Origin: an uncultured Acidobacteriota bacterium
GTDB taxonomy: Bacteria > Acidobacteriota > Vicinamibacteria > Vicinamibacterales > 2-12-FULL-66-21
Reading direction: 5' to 3'
Length of the DNA: 64,000 nt
Assembly (NCBI GenBank): GCA_963755695.1
Contig: CAVWLB010000009.1
Span: 206,004-270,003 of the forward strand
Position 1 is the stretch's first letter; the number at the start of each line of letters is the position of its first letter. The notes below the pieces were generated by a model. It did no database searches and was not told where the DNA came from. It saw nothing but the letters and a program-made list of their open reading frames with translations. Made by a program: the position numbers and the translations under genes. This document shows, one piece after another, positions 30,674 through 40,700 of the stretch.

Positions 30674-31531
30674 TCAGAGCTTGCGGTAAACGGCCTCTGG
30701 TATCGGGAACGTGCGGTCGGCGAGCACCGCGCCGAGGACCCTCGCGCCAGCTTCGTTCAGATTCGCAACGGTTCTTCGGGCGACCTCCCGCCGGGTCGCG
30801 TTCGCCGACAGAATGATCACCACCCCATCGACGAGCGCGCCGATGACGGCTGCGTCGCGGTGGTCGCTGGCCGCCGCGGTATCCACCACGAGGTAGTCGA
30901 ACATCGCGAGCAGTTCCTGGAAGCGCGGTCGAAGTTGCTCGGCATTGAGCCCCGGAAGGGCGTCGTCGCCTCGCATCCCAGCCGGGAGCAGCCACAGGTT
31001 CGAAGCAAGGCTGGTCAGAGCCTGCCTGAGGTCGCCACCTTCGAGCATGACTTCGGACAAGCCACGCTGGGCCGTGGCGTGAAATAGCGCCTGCAGTGAT
31101 GGTGAGCGGAGATTCGCTTCAACCAGGCAGACCGTCCCGCTCGTTTCGTTGGCGAGTGCCTCCGCAACGGCAGCGCTGACGGGTGCGGACTGGCTCTCGG
31201 AACATGCCGCCGAGAACAGGACGGCGCGTGGCCGAAGCTCAGTCGACCCCGGCGCATACAGGCGCGCCACGAGAGCTGATGCTTCCTCGCGGGATATCGA
31301 TGATGTCTCGAGCAGCGCGCGGGTGCGTACTTGCGGAATCGCCGCTGGCCGCATCTGGGTCGTCGGCGAAATTCTCACGATGTCGGCGCCCGTTGGCGAA
31401 TCGCTGAGATCCCACGGCACTTCCGCGGTTTCCTGCACCTCGACGATATCGCGCACCAACGGACGCTCTGTAGTATCGGACCGTAGAACGTCTGCCGCGG
31501 CTCTGCGAAAGGCGTCCGCCAGGCGACTCAT
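30674..31531 (-). CDS. CpsD/CapB-family BY-kinase homolog with degenerate Walker motifs
   Basis: LVEANLRSP; GLSEV; NLWLLPAG; FDYLVVDT; DGVVII; VLGAVL; PIPEAVY; no GK[ST]. Confidence 0.8.
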   Translation of the reverse strand: MSRLADAFRRAAADVLRSDTTERPLVRDIVEVQETAEVPWDLSDSPTGADIVRISPTTQMRPAAIPQVRTRALLETSSISREEASALVARLYAPGSTELRPRAVLFSAACSESQSAPVSAAVAEALANETSGTVCLVEANLRSPSLQALFHATAQRGLSEVMLEGGDLRQALTSLASNLWLLPAGMRGDDALPGLNAEQLRPRFQELLAMFDYLVVDTAAASDHRDAAVIGALVDGVVIILSANATRREVARRTVANLNEAGARVLGAVLADRTFPIPEAVYRKL

Positions 31532-32517
31532 CGACGACCCCATCGTAGGTAGGGAAACGAGGGGAACCGTCCGCCTGATGGTGTGCGGCTATCGTCGACA
31601 GGCTGAGGGCCCACAGAACCCGGAAGTCGAAACATCGTGCTCTTCGGCATCGCCTCGACCTGCATGCGGGACCGTACCGTCGAGTCCTGCCGGGGCTGCA
31701 GGTCGAGATCGCCGCAAACTTCCCGCACAATCTTCAAGCCGACGGGACGGTGTCCGGCAGCATAGCCGGTCAGCAGCGCATTCTCGCAGATCACGTTGAT
31801 GGTTCTCGGAACGCCTCCCGATTGCTCGTGGATCGCCATTACGGCTTCACGAGAGAACGCGCTTCCGGGAGCCCCTCCCGCAACGCTGATGCGGTGCGCG
31901 ATGTAGGTCGCAGTCTCGTTCAAGTCGAGCGGATCCAAACGGCAGCGAAGTCCCACGCGCTGCTTCAACTGCCGCAATCCTGGTTCGTTGAGTCGATCGG
32001 CGAGCGCCGGCTGGCCCGCCAGCACGACCCGCAGGAGCTTCTGTGTTTCCAATTCGATGTTGGCCAGCAATCGCACTTCCTCGAGCAGCTCGTCGGAAAG
32101 GCTCTGGGCTTCGTCTATCACCAGCACTCTTGGAATTTCCAAGGCTGGATGCTGTAACTCGCGGATGAGCGCCTGTTCCAGCTCCCGGAGGAACACGGCC
32201 TTCGACCGGGCGGCCGTCGAGCTCAGATGAAATCCGTCAGCGAGGCAATCGTAGAACTCGTAGCGGTTCAGGGCGGGATTGGTGAGCAACACGAAGCGCG
32301 CCTGCGCCAGCGGGTGCTTGGAGGCGAGCACCCTACGCAACAGGGTTGTCTTGCCGGTGCCCGCATCCCCGATCAGCAGCGTGATCCCGGTGCCCACCGA
32401 TGTTCCGTACTCGAGGTGCGCAAGCGCCTCCCGGTGCTTGGCTGTGAGCAGCAGGAACTTGAGATCCGATGTGAGATCGAACGGATGCTCGGTGAGCCCA
32501 TAGAAGGAGTGATACAT
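31528..32517 (-). CDS. ExeA-like AAA ATPase (PEP-CTERM/exosortase-associated type)
   Basis: MY.SFYGL.E.PF; GDAGTGKTT; VIDEAQ; LAGQP; QLKQRV; GVPRTIN.IC. Confidence 0.9.
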   Translation of the reverse strand: MYHSFYGLTEHPFDLTSDLKFLLLTAKHREALAHLEYGTSVGTGITLLIGDAGTGKTTLLRRVLASKHPLAQARFVLLTNPALNRYEFYDCLADGFHLSSTAARSKAVFLRELEQALIRELQHPALEIPRVLVIDEAQSLSDELLEEVRLLANIELETQKLLRVVLAGQPALADRLNEPGLRQLKQRVGLRCRLDPLDLNETATYIAHRISVAGGAPGSAFSREAVMAIHEQSGGVPRTINVICENALLTGYAAGHRPVGLKIVREVCGDLDLQPRQDSTVRSRMQVEAMPKSTMFRLPGSVGPQPVDDSRTPSGGRFPSFPYLRWGRR

Positions 32518-32523
32518 GGAAGG

Positions 32524-33981
32524 TCAGCGGCGCGCAGAAAGACTTGCCAGGACCGGCACGCCAAGGGTGTCTTCAACGTCCTCCGGGCTCTGCACGTACG
32601 GGCTGATGTACGCGAGCAGGAAAGCGACTGCCAACCCCATGATTGCCGATAGAACGGCGCCGATCGCAAGAATCAAGACACGACCGTTGCTCGCCGGGGA
32701 CGTCGGCACTGTCGGCGGCTCGGCAACGACGACATTCGCAATCCGGGTTCGATCCAACGCATCCGAAATTCGCGCCTCTTCCTGCTTCTTCTTGTACAGG
32801 AGGTAGTTTTCTTCAGCCGTCTTCATCGACCGCCTGAGGTCTTGCTGGACCGCCGCCTTGGCGTCCAGCTGGCTGGCCTTCTCGCGGAACAGCCGCACCG
32901 ATTGCCCGATGGCGGCGAGCCGCGCGAGAGCGGCGGAGCGCTCGGTTCTGACCCTTACGAGCTCGCTGCGCAGCCATTGGTGCGTGGGATTCTGATCGGT
33001 CGTTTCCTCGGTCAGTGGTGACTGCGCTGTACGTGCGAGGGCCTCGCGCGCTTGCGCGAGCTGCCCCTCTGTCTCCACTACCGGTGGATACGTGGGAGTG
33101 AACTTGCGCAACAGGTCCTCCCGCTTCGTCTCGAGGGTCAGGACGCGGGACTTCAACTCAGTCATCAGGGCGCCGTTGTCTGTCGTGCGGATTTGCGTCG
33201 TCTGACGGGCCGGTGTGGCGGCCTCTTGCTGCTCGAGATCCGTGATTCGGCGGTTTGCCTCGGCGACCTGCGCCTGCGTCTGCTGCAGGGCGGACTCGAA
33301 CTCCGAGAGTTGGCGCAAGGTGGAGTCCTTTTCGCTGTCGGCGGAAACGACCTGCTCGCGCTCGCCGTACTCTTTGAGCTCGGTCTCCGCTGCCTCCATC
33401 TCGGACCGGAAGTGTTCCGCCTGATCTTTGAAGAACTGATAGGCTCCCGGCGGCCGATGCAGCGCCAGGTGCTTCTCGAGATACAGGCGTGCGAGCTGAT
33501 CGAGGACTTTGGCGGCACGATTGGGATCTGGCGACGTGTAGACGACCTGTATTAGGGTCGTTCTCCTCACCGGGTTGATTCGCAGCGACTTCTGCAGCGC
33601 GGCCTGTGCCTTGGCCGCTTCGGCAGGCTGGTTGTCGCCGGCGGCAACCAGCCCTGCCGACGAGGCCACTTGAGACAGCAGGTCGCGACCCCGCAAGACC
33701 TCGACCTCCGAGTTCAGTTCGTCCTCGCTCACCTCGCCGCGGCTCTGGGCGACGGCGTTGGGATCCGCGCTGACAATGGTTTCGGCGCGCTCCCGCTTCA
33801 CGAGAAACTTCATCTCGGATTCGTACTGCTTCGGCGTGAGCAGCACCAGCAGAATGGTACAGGCCATCACGCAGGTCGCCGTGAGAAGGGCAGAACGTTT
33901 GTACCGGAAGACTGGCGTGACCAGATCGCGCAACGTCGGCAGTCGAAGGGACTGCTCCGGATCGGTGTGCGTATTCGTCAT
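32524..33981 (-). CDS. Polysaccharide co-polymerase / chain-length determinant (GumC/Wzc N-terminal type)
   Basis: Two TMs flanking a long coiled-coil; YLLYKKKQEEARIS; EDTLGVPVLASL. Confidence 0.88.
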   Translation of the reverse strand: MTNTHTDPEQSLRLPTLRDLVTPVFRYKRSALLTATCVMACTILLVLLTPKQYESEMKFLVKRERAETIVSADPNAVAQSRGEVSEDELNSEVEVLRGRDLLSQVASSAGLVAAGDNQPAEAAKAQAALQKSLRINPVRRTTLIQVVYTSPDPNRAAKVLDQLARLYLEKHLALHRPPGAYQFFKDQAEHFRSEMEAAETELKEYGEREQVVSADSEKDSTLRQLSEFESALQQTQAQVAEANRRITDLEQQEAATPARQTTQIRTTDNGALMTELKSRVLTLETKREDLLRKFTPTYPPVVETEGQLAQAREALARTAQSPLTEETTDQNPTHQWLRSELVRVRTERSAALARLAAIGQSVRLFREKASQLDAKAAVQQDLRRSMKTAEENYLLYKKKQEEARISDALDRTRIANVVVAEPPTVPTSPASNGRVLILAIGAVLSAIMGLAVAFLLAYISPYVQSPEDVEDTLGVPVLASLSARR

Positions 33982-34037
33982 GTTTGTTCCAGCCTGTTGA
34001 GGCGTTTAAGAACTTGCGATGAGTGCCGGCGGTGGTC

Positions 34038-34856
34038 TCAGAACGGATTCAGGTAGAACCCAAGCGAAGAACGCGGGATGAACGGGGAGATCTTGCCGAA
34101 CGTGCTCTTCGGGACGAAGACCGTGTCGCCGGGCCGAAGGAGCGGATCTTCGCTCATGTTGTGTGAGGCGTACATCTTCTTCACATCGACTTGCTTCACC
34201 TCGAGCCACTCGGTCATGAAACGGCGGAAGAGGAGTACGTTCGAGTGTTTGGCGGCGGACGTCGTGCCGCCCGCGAGCGTCAGACCCTGTGTCAGTGTCG
34301 TGGCACCGCGGAGCTCGATCTTTCCGGGTTTGACAACCTCGCCTGCCACCATGAAATAGGGCTTCTCGAACTCCTTCAGAACGATGTTGATCACGGGCTT
34401 CTGCATGATGCCCTGATACGCCTCCGCCAGGAGGGCTTTCGCTTCCGGAACGCTCCGTCCCTGCACACGGACGTCACCAACGGCACTCAGCGAGATGTAG
34501 CCGTCTGGCTGAACGGTGACGGTTTGGTCGAACTCCGGCACATAAGGAAAGTGGAGCTCGAGGACGTCGCTAGGGGCAATGCGATATCGACCGCCCGTCC
34601 AGAGCTTCAGCGGGTCGTCTTCCGTATCGATAGTCTGCGAGAGTCCGGGCGCGGCCGCTTCGATGAGGCGCTTGCGTTCTTCCGTCGTCTGCGGCGGAGG
34701 GGTTTGAGTCGGTTGGGGCGATTGCGCCGACGGCGTGCCAGCTGAAGTGCCTGATCGTGCTGCCTCATCAGGGGGCTTCTGGGCCCACGCGCCAACGCAG
34801 ACGCTGGCCACTGCTACCGCCATCAAGATAATCGTTCGCTTTATTTGTGCAGGCAT
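34038..34856 (-). CDS. wza: Polysaccharide export protein (Wza/OPX, SLBB domain)
   Basis: YRIAPSDVL; TVQPDGYISL..VGDV; VAGEV.KPG; LAGG; LRPGDTVFVP. Confidence 0.88.
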   Translation of the reverse strand: MPAQIKRTIILMAVAVASVCVGAWAQKPPDEAARSGTSAGTPSAQSPQPTQTPPPQTTEERKRLIEAAAPGLSQTIDTEDDPLKLWTGGRYRIAPSDVLELHFPYVPEFDQTVTVQPDGYISLSAVGDVRVQGRSVPEAKALLAEAYQGIMQKPVINIVLKEFEKPYFMVAGEVVKPGKIELRGATTLTQGLTLAGGTTSAAKHSNVLLFRRFMTEWLEVKQVDVKKMYASHNMSEDPLLRPGDTVFVPKSTFGKISPFIPRSSLGFYLNPF

Positions 34857-35500
34857 GGCAGGACTCAACCCAAATCGGGCTCGGAACCGTCAGGGCCTAG
34901 CTTCGCCCTGTCGGTTACAGTTCCTAGGCTTCGCGACAGCTTGACCATCACGAGCCTCGGGCAACTCGCCTAAATGTTTGGGTGTTAATTAAAGCGACAA
35001 CTGCGCTTGCGTGTTCCTCCGGAAGGGAACGCGTACGCGTCAGCAATCGACGCAGTTAACACGTTGGTGACGTGCGAAGCAATTTGAAGACCGGTTGTGA
35101 ACATTCAATTTGGGCTATCCCGTGCTGCAGAGGCCTTCCAAACGACTGACAAAAGTCGCTCAGACCGCCGGCCGCGATTTTTCGCCTCCACGGCATCGCG
35201 CGGGCGCCCACCACCGGATGTGGACCAAGTTCACGAGGCACGATGACCCATTAGGCGCACCGCGGTGGCCGCGCACACATTGCTGACGATCCAAAGCCAT
35301 GCATCCCGATTCGTAGTACGAGGGACAAGCGATTGCGACTGACGACTGAGGACTTCGGACTAAATCGAGTCCCCTGGGGGTTTCGTCTCACTGAACGGAT
35401 GAGCTCTGATGGTGTTCGTAGCTTTGTGCGATATGCAGTTGCAGAAATCGTGCGGTCCTTTGATCGTTTCACCGGATGATCAGGCGTGAGAACAACAGGC

Positions 35501-38068
35501 ATGGTGTGGACTGATCAAGCGGCACACGACCTGCGCTTCGCCATCCGGATGTTTGCGCGCAATCCAGGTTTCTCTGCCGCTGCCATCCTGACGCTGGCAA
35601 CCGGCATCGGTGCGAACGTGGCGATCTTCAGTGTTGTCAATGCGATCCTTCTGCGGCCGCTGCCATACGACCGGCCAGATCGGCTCGTTCACATTGTCGA
35701 AAACGTTCCCGTCCAGGATGGCACGACGAGCGTGCCGCGCGCGGTGCCGGCATTCGACCTCGGAACGCTGGCCGCGTTTCGCGGCGAGACGAGGACACTC
35801 TCACAGGTTGGCGTGGCGCTGTCGGCGGTCATGACGCTTTCGCGGCCTGACGGCCCAACTCGGCTCACTGGTGTGCGTCTGTCCGCAGACACCTTTCCGA
35901 CGCTTGGCGGCCGGCCGATCCTCGGACGCACGTTCACACTCGACGAAGAAGCAGCAGGTGCGGACGCCGTCATCGTTCTGAGCCACTCGCTCTGGCACCA
36001 GCACTTCGGCGGCAGCCCGGGAATCCTCGGACAGCCGGTGATCCTCGATGGCCGCAGCTACTCCGTTGTCGGCGTGATGCCGCGGTCCTTCCAGTATCCG
36101 AACGCGCAGACGCAATTCTGGACTCCACTCGCATTGGCGGCGACCAGCCCGGATCTCCACACGCGGGCAACGATAACGGCCAGAGTGCGGGACGACGTTT
36201 CGATCGATGCTGCGGCGCAGGAGGTGCGAAGCATCCTGTCACGGCTCCGGCCCGAGCGTGCCGTAACCGAAAGGACTCCGACATCGACGGCAGCGCCACC
36301 CCTCCCCACCCAGCCCGGGGCTGTCTCCGGCGTGCCACGATTCGAGCTCATTTCCATACAGGAGCAACTCGTCGCGCCGGTCCGGCCGGCGCTGCGCGTG
36401 CTCACTGTCGCCGTCGCACTCGTCCTGCTGATCGCTTGCGTCAATGTCGCCAATCTCCTGCTCGCGCGGACCGGCGCGCGGCAACGAGAGCTGGCGATCC
36501 GGCGGGCGATCGGCGCGAGTCCCGCTCGGCTGCTTCGACAGGTGCTCACCGAGAGTGTCGCGCTTGCGCTGGCGGGCGGTGCGCTCGGAATCGCCGTTGC
36601 CGTTGGGGCGATCGAGTTGTTGCCAACGATCGGCGTGAGCCTGCCGCGTCAGGATCTCACCGCCGGTGTCAGCGTGCCCAGGCTCGACGAGGTCGTCATC
36701 GACACGCCGGTCCTCATTTTTTCCGTCGCGCTGTCGGTGTTCACCGGCCTGGTCTTCGGACTGGCTCCAGCGGCACGCCAGGCATTGACGAATCCGATGG
36801 ACACGCTTCGCACCGACTTCACATCGGCGCCTGGCTTCAATCTGTTCCGCCGCCATCGCCTGCAAGGCATCTTGATCGTTGCCGAGGTGACGGCCGCGAT
36901 GATGTTGCTCGCCGGCAGCGGATTACTCGCGGTCAGCTTCGCGAAGTTATTGATGGTGAACCGCGGATACGATGCGGCTGGCGTACTGACGTTTCAGGTC
37001 GCCTCGCCGAAGCACTCGGACCGGCTCGCAGCATTTGCCGAGGATCTCGTCGCGCGGATCCGGACGCTGCCTGGTGTCCGAGCGGCGGGTTACGCGGGCG
37101 CCTTGCCGATGGTTCAAACCGTCGGCTCGGTGCCGCTCACGCGCCGTCCGGCCAGCGGATCGAGTGCGCCGCCGATCCTCATGTCATCGGAGTCCCGCCT
37201 CCCTCCGGATCGTCCCAATCCGCGGTACGTCAGCCGCGAGTTTCTGCGCGTGATGGGCACGCGCGTGATCGCCGGACGCGACTTCGACGAGAAGGACTCG
37301 GTTGGCCAGCAGCCCGTAATTCTCATCAACGAGACGGTGGCGCGCAGCGGCGTTCTCGGCAAAGAGCCGATCGGACACCTGGTGTACGCCATCGGACCGA
37401 AGCCGTGGCAGGTGATCGGGATCGTCGAAGACACGCGCGACCTGGGACTGGAGCTCGAGCCCAACCCACAGGTGTTCATGAATTTCAGTCAGCTTCCCGG
37501 GGCGCTGGGACCTGACGGCATCGAGCAACCGTACTTCGCTGTTCGATCTGATAGCGACGAGCGTCGCCCGACTCTCGTCGCCGACATCCGCGGCATTCTG
37601 CGAGAGATGGACCCGGACGCGATGCTGGACAACGTCGCGACGATGGGACAGCTCGTGTCGAATTCCGTCTCCCGCCGCCACATGTACACGGTCATTTTCG
37701 GCAGTCTCGCCGGATGCGCGCTGGTGCTTGCCGCCGTGGGGATCTACGGCGTGATCGCGTATTCAGTCGGCCAGCGGACGCGCGAGATCGGCATCCGCGT
37801 CGCCCTCGGAGCGCATCACCGCCAGATCATCGGCCTGGTGCTCGGTCAGACGGTCGTCCTGACCGTCGTTGGAGGAGTGCTTGGAACAGCCGGCGCCGCG
37901 GCGGGAACTCAATATCTCGAGGGAATGCTGTTCGGTGTGACGCCACTCGATCCTTCAACGTTTATCGGCATCTGGGTCGTCCTGGCGTGTATAGCGGCGG
38001 CGGCTGCAGTGATGCCAGCGCATCGCGCGGTGCGAATCGATCCGATACGCGCGATACGATGCGAATAG
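35501..38068 (+). CDS. ADOP-family duplicated ABC permease
   Basis: HDLRFAIRMF.RNPGF; LLIACVNVANLLLAR; QRTREIGIRVALGA; IDPIRAIRCE. Confidence 0.92.
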   Translation: MVWTDQAAHDLRFAIRMFARNPGFSAAAILTLATGIGANVAIFSVVNAILLRPLPYDRPDRLVHIVENVPVQDGTTSVPRAVPAFDLGTLAAFRGETRTLSQVGVALSAVMTLSRPDGPTRLTGVRLSADTFPTLGGRPILGRTFTLDEEAAGADAVIVLSHSLWHQHFGGSPGILGQPVILDGRSYSVVGVMPRSFQYPNAQTQFWTPLALAATSPDLHTRATITARVRDDVSIDAAAQEVRSILSRLRPERAVTERTPTSTAAPPLPTQPGAVSGVPRFELISIQEQLVAPVRPALRVLTVAVALVLLIACVNVANLLLARTGARQRELAIRRAIGASPARLLRQVLTESVALALAGGALGIAVAVGAIELLPTIGVSLPRQDLTAGVSVPRLDEVVIDTPVLIFSVALSVFTGLVFGLAPAARQALTNPMDTLRTDFTSAPGFNLFRRHRLQGILIVAEVTAAMMLLAGSGLLAVSFAKLLMVNRGYDAAGVLTFQVASPKHSDRLAAFAEDLVARIRTLPGVRAAGYAGALPMVQTVGSVPLTRRPASGSSAPPILMSSESRLPPDRPNPRYVSREFLRVMGTRVIAGRDFDEKDSVGQQPVILINETVARSGVLGKEPIGHLVYAIGPKPWQVIGIVEDTRDLGLELEPNPQVFMNFSQLPGALGPDGIEQPYFAVRSDSDERRPTLVADIRGILREMDPDAMLDNVATMGQLVSNSVSRRHMYTVIFGSLAGCALVLAAVGIYGVIAYSVGQRTREIGIRVALGAHHRQIIGLVLGQTVVLTVVGGVLGTAGAAAGTQYLEGMLFGVTPLDPSTFIGIWVVLACIAAAAAVMPAHRAVRIDPIRAIRCE

Positions 38069-38108
38069 CGCCTCCCGCCCGGTGCCGGACGCGTTGCGAG
38101 CGAGAGCC

Positions 38109-38618
38109 ATGACGTTGCGACATCCGTTCGGTACGATCCTCATGGCCCTGATCTCCTGGTCGACCTGGGCATACGCCGAACAGACTGTTCCTCAGCCCGT
38201 TTCAGCCGGGTCGGGTTCGCTGGCAGAGCACTTCGACACGACGAAGACGATCACCATATCGGGCATCGTGCACGGTCTGGCCTGGCAGACCAAATCTCCG
38301 TACGTATTCATTGCCCTTGGCGTTGACGACAGGGGCACAGGAATGCGGGAGGTACGCTGGGCGCTGAAGGGAGATACCCGTGAGGCGCTGGAGCGAATCG
38401 GCTGGACATTCAGTCCAACGCCCGCAGGAACGCTGCAGCTTGGAGACGCGGTAAGCGCAACCGGATATCCGGCACAACCAAACATCGATCTCGCTGCTGC
38501 CATTCCGGGCGCGCCGCCGGAGATGATGCAAGTGGCGAAGGCGGGCGGGTTGGTTCATGGCATCGAAATCACGCGCCTGAAGGATGGCAAGCAACTGTAT
38601 TTCGGGCCGCGCAAATAG
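38109..38618 (+). CDS. DUF6152-like secreted protein
   Basis: Signal peptide; FD..KTITISG.V; PYVFI; W..G; L.RIGW; LQLGD.V. Confidence 0.6.
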   Translation: MTLRHPFGTILMALISWSTWAYAEQTVPQPVSAGSGSLAEHFDTTKTITISGIVHGLAWQTKSPYVFIALGVDDRGTGMREVRWALKGDTREALERIGWTFSPTPAGTLQLGDAVSATGYPAQPNIDLAAAIPGAPPEMMQVAKAGGLVHGIEITRLKDGKQLYFGPRK

Positions 38619-38675
38619 CGTCACTCGCCGGATCACCACGGTGTAACCCCTCAGGTCACATGAGGAGGATCGTTG

Positions 38676-39119
38676 ATGCGAGCGCTGATGGCCGCTTCCT
38701 TCACCCTAATCTTCGCCGCCGGTTTCGTCGCGGGCGGGCGATCGCAAACGCCGGTCGGAGGGCAGGGATTCACCGTCACGATTGACTGTGGCGCCTCGTC
38801 CGCTGCGCAGACCCGCACGACGCTCTACTTTGGGCTATCGCGGCCGAAAGGGTCGGTCAGCGAGCTCGAATGGCAGATCTTTCTCCGCGATGAAGTGACC
38901 AAGCGCTTTCCCGATGGCCTCACCGTGTGGCAGGCGGAGGGCCAGTGGCTGACCCCCGCCGGCAGCATTGATCACGAGCAGTCGAAAGTGCTGCTGTTGG
39001 TACATGCCGATACAGCAGCGGCGCGGCAGTCGGTGCAGGCGGTCATCCAGGCATATCGCAAAGCGTTCGATCAGCAATCGGTTCTGTGGGAAAGCTCGCG
39101 CGTCTGTGTCGCGTCGTAG
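38676..39119 (+). CDS. DUF3574-domain protein
   Basis: LYFGLSRP.G.VSE.EW..FL.DEVT.RFPDGLTV..A.GQW; F.QQSV. Confidence 0.85.
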   Translation: MRALMAASFTLIFAAGFVAGGRSQTPVGGQGFTVTIDCGASSAAQTRTTLYFGLSRPKGSVSELEWQIFLRDEVTKRFPDGLTVWQAEGQWLTPAGSIDHEQSKVLLLVHADTAAARQSVQAVIQAYRKAFDQQSVLWESSRVCVAS

Positions 39120-39159
39120 GAGGAGGCCTTCGCCTGCGTTGGTCGGTACTGGAGCTCAC

Positions 39160-39285
39160 TGCGATGTCATGCGCGCCGGCAATCACCCGCTCTCCTTCCG
39201 CCACCAACGCCGTCGTGACGGCGAGATCGATACCTCGGCTCACACCGGTGACGACCGCGACTTTGCTCTTCAATCCAAGATCCAC
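39160..39285 (-). pseudogene. 5' remnant of an SDR oxidoreductase
   Basis: MDLGLKSKVAVVTGVSRGIDLAV..LVAEG: damaged TGxxxGIG motif, similarity lost after about 40 aa. Confidence 0.65.
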
Positions 39286-39378
39286 CGCGGTCTTTTTCGA
39301 TCGTCACCCGCCTCGCAGCGTGACGCGTCCGTTCCGTAGAATACCAGTGGTCGATTACGACAACGAGCGACGCTGACC

Positions 39379-40635
39379 ATGGCGGATCCCTACCTCCGTG
39401 TCCACGCAGTGAACATCTACGTCAAAGATCAGACGCGAAGTCTGGACTTCTATCTGAACACGCTGGGATTCCACATCGCCTTCGACGCTCGCGTCGGCTC
39501 CGGTGAGCGATTGTTGGCGGTGGCTCCACCCGACGGGTCAGCAGTGCTGACGCTGATCCAGGCCAAGCCCGAGTCTCTCCAGGCCCGGCTGGTCGGCCGC
39601 GCGACACAGGTGGTGTTCGTGACCGAGGATTTGCCCGCCACCTACACCGAATGGCGACGTCGGGGCGTTCGCTTCCGAAACGCACCACGCCTTCGACGGG
39701 TCGTCTACGAACAGACGGGCATTGACGCTGATGGATCGTCAGTGCGCTCGACAACCGGGCCGGACCGTTCCGCGTGGGGCGGCGTCTTCACGCGCTTCGA
39801 GGACGTCGATCGCAACTCGTTCGCCCTGGTGAGCTTCGACGAAGTCAGCCGCGCGGTCGAAGCGCAACGCCGCGCCGTCGCCGAGAAGCAGGAGGCCGAT
39901 CGGCGCGCCGCCCATGAGCTCGAGATCGCCATGCAGGTGCAGGCGCGGCTCTTTCCTCAGCGACTTCCGCCGATGCGGACTCTGGACTACGCAGGCGCAT
40001 GCGTCCAGACGCGCCGGGTGGGCGGCGATTACTACGATTTCCTCGATCTTGGGCGGGACCGTCTGGGGCTGGTCATCGGCGACATCGCCGGCAAGGGCAT
40101 GCCTGCTGCGCTACTGATGGCCAACCTTCAGGCCAACCTGCGCAGTCAATGCGCCTTTGCGGTCGATCAGCCCGAGCGCTTTCTGCAGTCCGTGAACCGG
40201 CTCTTCTACGAGAGTACGGCCGACAATGTCTACGCGACCTTTTTTTATTCGGAGTTCGACGACCGGGCGGGACGCCTGCGCTACGCGAACTGCGGACATT
40301 TGCCGGCGCTGGTGCTTCGAGGCAACGGCGAAGTCGAACGGCTCGAGCCCACGGCGACGGTGCTGGGCCTCTTCTCCAGGTGGGAGTGTCGGACGGCGGA
40401 GCTTCGACTCTCCGCTGGAGATCTTCTGGCGATCTACACCGATGGAATCACTGAGGCCTTCGACGCCCAGGACGACGAGTTCGGGGAAGGACGGCTCGTC
40501 GAGACGCTGCACGCGCATCGTGACCGGCCGCCACGAGATCTGATCGCCGCCATTTACGATGGGGTCCGCCGCTTCAGTCCGCAGGAACAGCGCGACGACA
40601 TGACCCTGATTGTCGCGAGGTGCCGGAACTGCTGA
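39379..40635 (+). CDS. VOC/glyoxalase domain fused to a SpoIIE/RsbU-type PP2C phosphatase
   Basis: HAVNIYVKDQTRSLDFY..LGF; WGG.FTRFED.DRN; VGGDYYDF; IGDIAGKG; NCGH; YTDGITE; DDMTLIV. Confidence 0.85.
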   Translation: MADPYLRVHAVNIYVKDQTRSLDFYLNTLGFHIAFDARVGSGERLLAVAPPDGSAVLTLIQAKPESLQARLVGRATQVVFVTEDLPATYTEWRRRGVRFRNAPRLRRVVYEQTGIDADGSSVRSTTGPDRSAWGGVFTRFEDVDRNSFALVSFDEVSRAVEAQRRAVAEKQEADRRAAHELEIAMQVQARLFPQRLPPMRTLDYAGACVQTRRVGGDYYDFLDLGRDRLGLVIGDIAGKGMPAALLMANLQANLRSQCAFAVDQPERFLQSVNRLFYESTADNVYATFFYSEFDDRAGRLRYANCGHLPALVLRGNGEVERLEPTATVLGLFSRWECRTAELRLSAGDLLAIYTDGITEAFDAQDDEFGEGRLVETLHAHRDRPPRDLIAAIYDGVRRFSPQEQRDDMTLIVARCRNC

Positions 40636-40700
40636 TCCCTCCGCCGCGAGTGATCCAGCTTGGTCCAGGGCGGCGTCTGGTCCGGACGCGCTGCCTGAGG

